A stretch of 64,000 bases of DNA, from the NCBI RefSeq assembly GCF_037042905.1, contig NC_087251.1, forward strand, positions 31,684,001 to 31,748,000. The letters run 5' to 3'. The notes under the pieces are model-generated. The model ran no database searches and was not told where the DNA came from. It saw nothing but the letters and a program-made list of their open reading frames with translations. The stretch is from Lytechinus pictus. Its lineage: Eukaryota. Below, one piece after another: positions 54,301-64,000 of this stretch (the stretch's first letter is position 1; every line of letters begins with the position of its first letter). The position numbers and the translations under genes are program-made.

Positions 54301-54379
54301 CCCAGTCGGTCACTGCAACCAAAGGAGTGACTCGCTGCAGTGGTAATCGCTTAAATGACAGTAGTCTCATGAAAGACAT
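45368..54379 (-). CDS. CRLS1: Cardiolipin synthase (CDP-alcohol phosphatidyltransferase); complement join(54379..54029,53632..53495,53023..52894,50506..50352,49192..49101,45455..45368), about 317 aa
   Basis: All introns are GT-AG with consistent phase. Motifs [39 protein letters not shown] (CDP-alcohol motif), LIILRD, RYFD, PTFISKVNTAVQ. The basic N-terminus resembles a mitochondrial targeting peptide. Confidence 0.93.
45684..48824. mobile_element. Helentron/DINE-like non-autonomous element with internal ~125-bp tgaccttt tandem repeats, split by a nested transposon
   Basis: Subterminal inverted repeats GTCTCGCCTGCA (near 45705) and TGCAGGCGAGAC (near 48809); terminal hairpin gtctcgc..gcgagac; tandem units at ~48200-48720. 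Confidence 0.6.
45814..48138. mobile_element. 2.3-kb non-autonomous DNA transposon with 4-bp TSD
   Basis: ACAT|GGGCATTTTCAC ... GTGAAAATGCCC|ACAT; about 9 internal copies of GGTAACTGACATTAC. Confidence 0.8.
49260..49520 (-). mobile_element. tRNA-derived SINE
   Basis: Minus-strand A/B-box-like head (gtggtctagtggttctgactc...gggtttgaatcc) and a core shared with other copies. Confidence 0.75.
50040..50270 (-). mobile_element. tRNA-derived SINE (diverged)
   Basis: Shared core (ccagggtggagagtggcaaatgt..gccttgccaaagga) and B-box-like ggttcaaagcc on the minus strand. Confidence 0.6.
52490..52830 (-). mobile_element. tRNA-derived SINE
   Basis: Minus strand GGAGCCATGGTGTAGTGG (A box) ... GTTCGAATCCC (B box); tail with taagcgctatataaaa. 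Confidence 0.82.
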
Positions 54380-56658
54380 GATCTTCTGCTATTTCCATCT
54401 GAGTGAGAGAAGGGAGGGAAAAGAAGATAGAGAGAGAACATGAGACAGAGAGACAGAGGAAGGTAGGGAGGATATAAAAGATATTTAAAAAATTGAGATA
54501 CAATTTGAATGTACATGTCTTAAAAGATATGAATGGCACTAGTTTTACTTTGTCTAAACATGTTGAATTTTAAGGTAAGATTCATGATATTTATCGGCTG
54601 ATGCAATTATTTTTTAAGTTAGCACTGCTCATGATATTGTCGCCCTCTATACGGGTCTTGTAGCTAGGCTACGATAACAAAGATGGCGACAATAACAGAC
54701 AGTGAGTAAACACTCCTCTACTTTTAATATTTTCAAGTTTTTTTTGTTCAATATTATTTTAAAATATGACCCTTTAGTGCCAAAAGGGTCCAAAAATATT
54801 GTAGCCCATTTACATATTTGCTCCGGCTCAAAACCCTAAAGAAAACAATTATTTTGGAGCAACATTATCGTTGCCAAAATACTTGGTGCATGTAGAGCAA
54901 TGGCATCCTGTCCCTGGCTCCGCTCCGTGGAGATTAAGCACGTCAGTGATATGACATTAATCTCCAGGAGCCTCCTGAGTGAGTCCTGGCTAGGTCTAGG
55001 AAGAAAAATACTTTAGTTGAATTATGTTATTATATTAAGGTTTAACGCTAATTAACCCAGGGAGTTCTGGGCCGGAGCCCAGGACTCGTCCGTGTAATAT
55101 TAGGCAGATCAATACTCTCCAAAATGGGGTAGAATGGGGTTGCAATAGCACTTCAAATAAAAGGGGAAAAAATAAATTATGCACTTACATGTACCTCGAT
55201 TATATGGATGAAGGTCTATCGTGACACAGAATCCTGACACCAAGGCACAAACTGTACCCTTTAAAAAAAGGAAAAGTTCTGTCTCGTTCGTTCTCCTTTC
55301 AAAATTGAAAACAAAATGGCCGATCACTACCGAGAAAGAACGTGACATAGAGGTCTAACTTTTCCTTTTTTAGAGGGTCCAGTTTGAACAAAGAAAGCCG
55401 CTCCAAAGCATAGCATTTTCTTCTTATCGTGAAAAAAGAAAGAAATCTGCTCCAAAGCTTCGCATATTTTCCGTTACGCCGTTCCGGCCGCATTGATCTG
55501 CTACAATGAGCCGCAATTTTGGTGAAAAGCGGCCGCAGAGCGCTATCCGACTATCGCCTCTGCGCTAGCGCACCCGGGCTAGCGGCATACACATATGCCC
55601 GTTCCATAGGGATGCAAACGCACTCACACGCAGGCGACCCGTTCCAAGGACCCCCGTTTTTACAAACATTTGTAGTTCCGAAGCCCGTTCCGAGGACCCA
55701 GACCCTCCTTTTTACAATAAGCCCGCTCCAAGGCCCCCGTTTTTTGCCTCGCCCGCGGCACATACCTACTACTTTTTTGGTCGAGTATCCCCCCCCCCCC
55801 CGGATTTGGAGTGCTGTTTCGACCCCATTCTACCCCATTTTGGAGAGTATTGATCTGCCTAATATTACACGGACAAGTCCCGGGCTCCGACCCACTTCGC
55901 GGGCCGGAGCTCCCTGGGTTAATTGCTAATCAGAACCGCAATACATTATGGGATCGAAAAGGGGGCAATCAAGCAAGCTCAGCTCTGCGCACTACAAACA
56001 GTCCTACAAACAGTAGAGCTAGCCTAGCTAATTAACAGTAGAGGCACAGGTCAGAAAATTGGGATCGTCCCAGTTTATAGGGACTGTCTCAGTTTTTTAA
56101 GATTTCTTCACACAAGAAATCTAGTAAAGTTCATTCACCTGTCAAGTGCCGACACCAATCAAGTGCGCTAATCAATGTAAAGATATCGGGTTTCATAACA
56201 AGATTATTGGAAGACAGTTAGACGGTAAGTCATGAAAAATAGGCGGTGAACTTCAACTGGGGCCTGGGGGGAATTGAGGTCACTGAATCTATTTTTAGCA
56301 CTCTCAATTCCCGTAATTGATGTCTGCTTTGTCCCGTAGGGGGTAGTGAAAAAAAATCGTCCCCATAAACAAGGACAGTCTCAATTTATCAAGTCATCGA
56401 ATTCAAGACATGATTTGTCTAGTCTTGAGGACGCAATGATGACTTTTAAAATCCTGTCATAATATACTTCTTCATCATTGGTTTATGAGGATATCCTCGT
56501 TTTCTGGGACAATCCCAATTTTTAGACCAGCGGCTGTACTGAATAACATTAAAAATAGCCCCCTTTTCGATTCCCACGTCCACGATGCATTGCCTACGGT
56601 TCTGATAAAATATAAACCTATATAGGCCTATATCTTTATATTGATTATTGGGCGTCAT

Positions 56659-57164
56659 CAGTAGAGGCGCACGGCCAATATGGGAGACTCTCTGAGTCTC
56701 TCCAATAGGGGAGACAATCTCCCACATTGGAGACTTGCTTTGCAAAAGGACAAAAGAAATAACACCAACAAAAGCATGATTTTTCCTACCAAAATTTTGT
56801 CTCACTGAGGTCAGAAGCCCATTTGTTTTGTGTGTGATTGACATTTGACAACAAAAATCCTTATCAAAACAAAAGTAGACGGTGAATTTTTAAAGTAGAC
56901 GGTGAAAGGGGGTAATTTTTCATGAGGAGTCTGCTTATATCACATTTTTATTTGCCGCCAAGGTAATCCTTTTGCAGCAAATGTAAACAAAGGAAATTGG
57001 TCTCCAAAACTGGAGACTGTCTCTGAAATAGGATACCCAAATTTTTTTTTTTTTAAAGTCTCTGAGTCTGATATTGGATTTGGACTCTTTGGAGATAATC
57101 TCCCACATTGGACTATTTATTTGGAGACAGTCTCCAATTCCAAATTGGCCGTGCGCCTCTACTG
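56659..57164. mobile_element. MITE (a second diverged copy lies at ~58530-59275)
   Basis: CAGTAGAGGCGCACGGCCAA ... TTGGCCGTGCGCCTCTACTG. Confidence 0.75.
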
Positions 57165-57823
57165 CTGGTCATGTGAGTCAAAATGTGTAGTTAGAAAATT
57201 GTGCTCCAATTGGCTCTCCATGGCATAGTTAAAAACTTTAATTAAACCACGGTTTAATTAAAACCAGAGTTCAGAATACGGGCAAGTGGCTATGCAGTCG
57301 ACTCACCGGAGCTGAGCAGGACCCAAGGCTGGAGATCGATCGGGATGGTCCGGAGCCGGGCGGCGAAGTCTGCCGTGGGCCGCGGCACGTGCCTCACTCA
57401 CTCTCTTGCGGCAGAGCCAGCCAGACAGAGCATGCAGCTGTCCTAAGAAAGAGCCTATTCTCGCTAATCAGGATTTGTTTTCAATTCAAATATTGGAGGT
57501 AAATAAAAACCCGAATAAAGATTTTATCTGTTTTAAAAACAATTAATACATGAAGAAAGAATGGTACGATCTATCGCACGGATGGGCAAGCTGCCATGTT
57601 ATTGTTGGATGGAATAGACAGAACCTCGTTCGTTATATTAATTGCTGGGTAAGATCATTACTTTTATTTTTTAGGAAATAAAATGATTTTGAACCATTTA
57701 AAAACTTTTATTAACGTATTAAATAATCTTTATTTAAAATATTTTCATTTTTTGTATAATATTTTTTGTTGATTTCCAAAAAAAATACTACCTAAAATTC
57801 CAAGTTGCCCACGTCAACAAGAA

Positions 57824-58140
57824 ATGGGGCCGATTGTACGAAAGGGTCTTTCCAAGGACCGTCTTTCGTGTCGCCCATCTCTTATGATGCGCTATAAGCG
57901 GGGTGTTTCTGAAATTTATGATAAGCAAATAAAATTCGTAAGCTTGCTTTTAAATCAAATTTTATACAATTTCATGAGATATCACATCATTTTATAAACA
58001 AATATTTTGTTTATTTTAACGGACAAATAAAATATATTTGCAGATAATTTATTTGAAATGCGTTTCACATGGCGTATCATAAAAGATGGGCGACACGAAA
58101 GACTGTCCTTGGAAAGACCCTTTCGTGCAATCGGCCCCAT
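57824..58140. mobile_element. MITE just upstream of the putative GNPNAT1 start
   Basis: ATGGGGCCGATTGTACGAAAGGGTCTTTCCAAGGAC ... GTCCTTGGAAAGACCCTTTCGTGCAATCGGCCCCAT; arms of about 60 bp or more. Confidence 0.8.
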
Positions 58141-58232
58141 GTCAGCTAGCTAGCTCAGAAAGGCTGCAAGCAGAAAAGAAAGAAAGAAACCTTAATTTTA
58201 TTTGCCTTAAAAGCCGATAAGTCTCGTCTATC

Positions 58233-59649
58233 ATGGAGGTAATTACAGCGTCATTTTATTTTTATCTATATTTGTGAGTGTTTATGTAAGTTCTGATTTT
58301 TTTATAATAGAAAGTCTGACATGACAGCGGTCACCTGCTACACCGCCATTGCCATTGGGAAACGCAGAGTCTACTCCGCCGGAACTTCGGCGTAGCTAGG
58401 CCCTACTCTCTAGCATTAGTCTGGGCATGAGTCCCATCCCATTGATTCAGTGGAAACAACTCAACGTCGACAATAAAGACTTGCCGTCTTGTATTTTATG
58501 TTAATGCCCACATTACTATGGTCATAATGAGTAGAGGTGCATGGCCAATATATTGAAGAAAGGCCTTATCATTAAATTGTGTAAAAGTCAGTGTGCGCTC
58601 GTTGCTATCATACAATGGAAGTGGAAAGAAGTTGTCCCCGCCGCTGACAAAATAAACGGCAGTTAGTGGAGTGGTGACTTAAAGTTAATGTTAAAGCATG
58701 ATAATGCCTGAAGAAACTCTCTTTGTATATATTTGTAGATATTTTTGTATTTTGCAATTTTTGTAGATAATTTTGCATTTTGACTTGTTTTGAATTCTGA
58801 TCTAGTTAATGACTTAAACTTAGTAGATATAAACTAAAATAAAAGTGGAGGAAGAACAAGAACTGAAGAAAGAGAAGGTATATAAAAAAAAATCAGACAA
58901 TGCAGTCTCCAGTTTGTGAGAACAACAGGACCAATTTTTTTTTTATACATTTGCGTGCGAAATTAATTAGGACTGTGTCAAACAGAAATGTGATATATCA
59001 AGTGATATAAAAATTCCTTGTGAAAAATTATTCCATGATCCACTTCACCAGTCCATATTTTTTACATGTACTAAATTCACTGTCTACTTACATTTTATGT
59101 TGAATGTTATCTTCCACACACAAAACAAATAGGCTTTTGACCTCAGCAAGACAAAATTTTGGCAGAGAATTACTGCCTTGTTGGTGTTGTTTCTTTTATC
59201 CTTTTGCAAAGCAAGTCTCCAATATTAGAGATTGTCTCCCTTATTGGAGTCTCAATATCTGCTGTGCACCTACTGAAGATGATTGATGTCTCATCCCTGC
59301 TATGAATCAATTTATGTTAACTTATTCATCCTACAGGCAACAAAGAAAACTTTTTTTTTTTTTTAGCAGAATGGTAGGGAGGAGATACCAGTGTTCGATC
59401 CATCTGTATTAGAGAAACTCAAAGAAGATTTTGAAAGTATTTCAAAAGTATCCTTCAAGCCACCCATTAGTCCTGCGAATCCTGGAACAGATTTATTAAT
59501 GAGACCACTTCATATAGGAGATTATGACAAAGGTAAAGTACAGATTAATTCATCTATCAATAATTATATTAATTTGTATGATTAGATCTCCTAATTCAAA
59601 TATTAATTATTATATTATACCTAGGATTAATTCAAACATGACTATTAAG

Positions 59650-59734
<85 letters not shown>

Positions 59735-62540
59735 TCTATATTGTTTGAAGTATGGGTTATTTCTGAAACTGCTATTTAAATTTTTAAGTGCAAATCCACT
59801 CCAATCAAAAGTGGATTTGAATAAAATGAGAAAAAAAAACATAATGCTGAAGATTTAATTGAAATCAGATGTAAAGTAGGAATGATTTATCTAAGCATTT
59901 TAAAGTTGTTTTTTTACTCAACAGTTAAATGAAAATATATATGCAAATAAAAACTAGATATTAAATAAAAACAATTTTAGAACTAATGGTGTTGACCACT
60001 CATTATTTCTTTTGTATTTTTTGCATGTGTGGAATATAGAGTATTTCCATATTTGCAGATTTGACGAGGAAACGTCTTAAGAGATTGGAACAATGGCAAT
60101 CCCACGTTTTCAGGGGATATTGAAATCTTGTTACACATTTATAATGAGGAAATGAATGAAGAATGAAATACAATTTAAGAAGTAGTGAGTGTGTGACATC
60201 TGTTCCCTCGTAAATGAATAGGCCTACTTATTTCTGATTTTAATGAAATTTTCAGGGTTATGTTAGTTTGATTTTTTTTCTTGATCTAAATCACCTTTTT
60301 GCTGGAGTGGACTTGCCCCAAAGCCCCCCCCCCCCCCACAATCTGGAAGCCAGCGATTTATTTCACATAAGAACATGTATTGATATGCTTTTTTCACATT
60401 ACTATCTAGGAATACCTAGGGAAAAATCTGAACGCAGGCAGGTTATGTCTGCATTATTCTGATCTATTTCTCTTTGTGTTTCAAAGAAGAAACATGCATT
60501 GAAATGCTTATATATTCACATTTCTCCAATCCATAAAATATTTTAATGTGTTTGGAGTAATGGATTATTCCAATTATGGTCTAATCCACAACTGGTCATA
60601 TTCCATTAATTATCTAAGTGGCTGTTTTGAGAAAATGCATTTAATATTTCCCCATTCAAAAGTTGAGAATATTATACAGTATGTTACTGTAATACATGGC
60701 AGTTAAGTCAGTGAGTTGATTTATGAATAGGGGTTGGTGTTCATTGTGTTTGTTTTCTATTTCTCAGGGTACCTGCAACTGCTGTCACAGCTTACAACGG
60801 TTGGCAATGTGTCAAGGGAACTCTTTGAAGGTATCTTGAACTCAATTTCAAAAGGATACTGGTTAAGCAAAACTAATGGATAACAAACATTTCCTTGTTG
60901 TTGGTTATTATTATTATTATTATTATCATTATCTTCAACATTAATTAATTTATTTAAAATGTTTTGTTAGGGTTTTTTCGGTGGAGGTCTCTTTTCATTG
61001 TTTCAGGCTTAGTTTTAAAACATTCTGTTGTTCAAATTGCCTGATATAGCTTGGAATATTATTATTCCATTAAGTAAATGTAACTCAATTATGCTATTTT
61101 CATTAAATCTACTGGATTTTTATATGAAATAAAAGATAATTAAGTAAATCATCTTTTATTCCTATTTCATTGCGATTAGCAATTAAATATGATTCCTTCA
61201 ATAGCCTACAGTAATTCATTTTCTTTCTCTTTGTTCCCTTTTTTTAGAACAATTCCTTGCCTACAAAGCTTGTCCAAACTCTTATTACATCATCGTTATA
61301 GAAGACACAAGCACTGGTCAGGTGGTGGCCTCGGGAACATTAGGAATAGATTTCAAATTTATTCATATGTGCTCAAAGGTAAAGATTGCTTTATAAATCA
61401 AATGCTTTGGTAAATGAATTATGAAGGAATTGGGATTGGGGTAATGAGATGTTGTAACATTGAAATAAATTACATTGCTTTTAAGATAAACATAATATCA
61501 CCTCTCATTATGCAGTGGGAGTTATTCAGACCTGGCTCAAATTCATCAATGAAAAAAAAGCCTTAAAGCCATATATTTCATCAGTCAGGGAAGGGAAGCT
61601 GCAGATGCTACTCAATTTTCTTTTCATTACACCTTGCATGGCACGGCAGGTTGGCAGCATCAGAGTATTTGATTGGGGGACACATGTTTTCCTCTCTTTT
61701 CAAGGCAATGTTTACCTACTTTTTTTCTCTTACTTTGTTATTCTTAAAGATTTACTTGGAAAAACATAGGGCATGTGTTTGTCTCCCCTAAATTTCAGGA
61801 CTCTTGAGTCATACATGTGGACACAATTAACTCCCAAAATGAAGACAATATGATAAAAAGTGCAGAGCTTATATTAGTCGAAGACCACTGAAAGCTATAG
61901 CCTTGGCTGCCCCATTGATTGGTCTTGGAGATTATATATTTTTCCCCATCTGTAATATATCTTAGATATGTGCCTTTTGGGAAATTGAACCCTCCCTAAA
62001 AATATTCTAGTTTAAGCCCTGAAAGTGAAAATTGCCACTTAAGGAAATGCTAGATAGGCCCCATGATTTTGAGTTATTCTGCAACTAACTTGTTGGGGTG
62101 CACCCTTTGCTTTATAGATGTGTGTACATACATAGCCAATACCAGTTGCCATTAATGTATATACATGTAATATTTACTGATACATGTTTTTTAAGAGTTG
62201 TCACTGGAGTTGCCGGTGTCAAGAACAACCTTCCATGTACAATTTCTGACCGGCATCTATTTTCACTGATAAATAATATGATATGAAAAGTATATTTTGA
62301 ATGTTTTAACCCTAAAAATCAATTAGTCTTCGACCCCACAAAGCCATGGCAATGTTTCGGGCACTAGAGTTTCCATCACTATAGTCCTTGGTTTCAACCC
62401 TGATTATGTCTGTTTTTGTTCAGGATTCTATTTTGCATTTTTGTAAATTTTTATTCTTCCTTTTCCTTTTTATTTCAGAAAGGAAACTTGGATGAAATAG
62501 TGGTGAAAGAAGAGTACAGGGGAAGACAGTTAGGAAAGTT
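58233..62540 (+). CDS. GNPNAT1: Glucosamine-6-phosphate N-acetyltransferase, partial; join(58233..58238?,59367/59370..59532,60768..60830,61248..61378,62479..62540); last exon not found in the window
   Basis: Translation: FDPS...FKPPISPANPG..LLMRPL..GDYDKGYLQLLSQLTTVGNVS..F...YYIIVIED..TGQVVASGTL...KFIH.CSK.G....VV..EYRGRQLGKL (GNAT acetyl-CoA motif). The ATG GAG|GT micro-exon at 58233 is tentative. Confidence 0.88.
59657..59730. repeat. (TA)n microsatellite
   Basis: Directly visible TA run. Confidence 0.95.
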
Positions 62541-63423
62541 GTAAGTAGAGAATATTGTGGCTTTATATAAAACAATATGGTTTTGCTGATTTAGAGCTCT
62601 TTCTCTGACCTCTGGGAAGTTGCTTAAACATACAATTTTTTTATCGTTACTGGGCCATTGAACCTTTACAATGTACCAGCAGAAATGTAATATTCCATGA
62701 AGTTTGTATTACAAAAGAAATATCAAATTATATTGTTGCTAAATTGAGGTCAGATGTCACTGCAGGCTAATTGACCTGAAGATAAAAGAAAGTTGTCAGA
62801 GCTTTCAAATTCTTTCTGTGATACTCAGAGTAATGAAAAAATATGTCACCTGCAAAGTATCACTCTTTAAATACCCCCACAAACCAATTATAACTCTTTA
62901 AATGCCCCACAAACATTCTAATAAGAGCTGAAACTGTAAGGTAGAGTGTGGGATTAGCCCCTTACAGTCCAATTGTACTGGCAAAAAAATTATTGCCGCC
63001 TCTTTTCATGCTTTGTTTTCATGTCCACAATATGGATTTTGCTTTTATCGATATACTTAATCTTGTTATTTGCCCACCTTTATGGAGTATCGTTATTTTT
63101 CATCATTTGCATTTTTTATTATATCGATTTTTCTTTGGGCATCTCTCTCTCCAGTAATTATCTTTGATGTATTTTTACTGTCTTTGCTCTCTGACGCGTT
63201 CGTCCGCTCTGCCTACGAAGATTTCTGCTAAATGCTGCCCTCTCTCGAACCTTTATGAATTCGTTATTTGTTTTTATGTGTTTTTGTTTCTCTGTATCAC
63301 TGTTACTTATTTGTTCCCACACAGGACCTTTTATTTTGATTACTCTTCTGTTACTAACTCAATGCCGAAAGTAGTAGTGAATGTTGAGACGCTAACCGTA
63401 CTTCCGTGAATACTTTAACTAAT

Positions 63424-64000
63424 ATGCCGTTTTATTCTTTGAGTAATGATGACCTCTCCATTAGTTTAAATACACATAATTCAAATGGCAACCCTCAGGT
63501 TAATTTGGCGTACAACCACTTTGTAGCCAACAACATTAACGCATCATCAGAACTTCTTGATTTTCACTCTGATCATGACTTAATTCGCAATCCATCATCA
63601 GAATACATCACTGAACTTCAATTCAAAAACACTAGTAAACAATTCTCCAAAGATATTTTTTCTTTATTACATTTAAACATAAGAAGCATAAATAAACATT
63701 TCGAAGAGTTCCAACTGCTATTAGACAATAATTCATCTAGACATTCGTTTTCCATTATTGGACTTACAGAAACTTGGTTAACTGACGAATCCAATATTCC
63801 ATTTGCATTAGATCAATATGATTTTGTTTTCAATAATAGGAAAGATAGGCATGGCGGTGGTGTTGCGTTATATGTTTCCCACAATTACGAATACAAAATT
63901 CACGACGAAATCACTAATATGAATGAATATATAGAGTCACTTTTTATCGAAATCAATGTCCCAAATTCCAAAAATATAATTGTAGGTGTTATATATAGAC
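63424..64000 (+). mobile_element. Non-LTR retrotransposon (CR1/L2/Crack-like) ORF2 5' part with APE endonuclease domain; runs off the window
   Basis: Frame is open from ATG 63424: ...FSLLHLNIRSINKHF...IIGLTETWL...NRKDRHGGGVALYV...IESLFIEI...NIIVGVIYR. Confidence 0.9.

Larger units (their letters stand above)
55190..58232. promoter_or_regulatory. Divergent (head-to-head) promoter region of CRLS1 and GNPNAT1
   Basis: Genes point away from each other; CpG/GC-rich patches at ~55470-55800 and ~57290-57440; candidate CRLS1 non-coding exon 1 donor at 55188. Confidence 0.5.

Noticed and set aside
59524..59842. IY-repeat ORFs
   Set aside because: Translation of the (TA)n microsatellite.
3677..62540. 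Functional cluster linking the SQase-like gene, CRLS1 and GNPNAT1
   Set aside because: No shared pathway is evident; adjacency to housekeeping genes is likely incidental, and no other sulfoglycolysis genes are in the window.

Overview
Eukaryotic, AT-rich, intron-containing animal DNA. The repeat landscape suggests a marine invertebrate, possibly an echinoderm, but this is inference only. Three spliced genes can be reconstructed. (1) A + strand GH31 glycosidase (5 exons, 3677-38863, about 728 aa) is colinear with bacterial sulfoquinovosidase YihQ and keeps its catalytic and sulfonate-binding residues. It has an N-terminal signal peptide and, via a GC-AG intron, a C-terminal GPI-anchor-like tail. 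(2) Cardiolipin synthase CRLS1 lies on the - strand (6 coding exons). (3) Glucosamine-6-phosphate N-acetyltransferase GNPNAT1 lies head-to-head with CRLS1 on the + strand; its last exon is not found in the window, and a LINE endonuclease ORF runs off the window end. Intron 1 of the glycosidase holds a 22.2-kb near-identical array: 14 copies of a 464-bp GG...CC module alternate with 16 copies of a ~980-bp spacer, bounded by a 4-bp target duplication (CGAT). The array has a ~6.76-kb higher-order period set by precise loss of the module at a TATA site, and resembles a tandemly amplified non-autonomous DNA transposon with long terminal direct repeats. Many MITEs, tRNA-derived SINEs, an L2-like fragment and a Helentron-like element fill the remaining introns.
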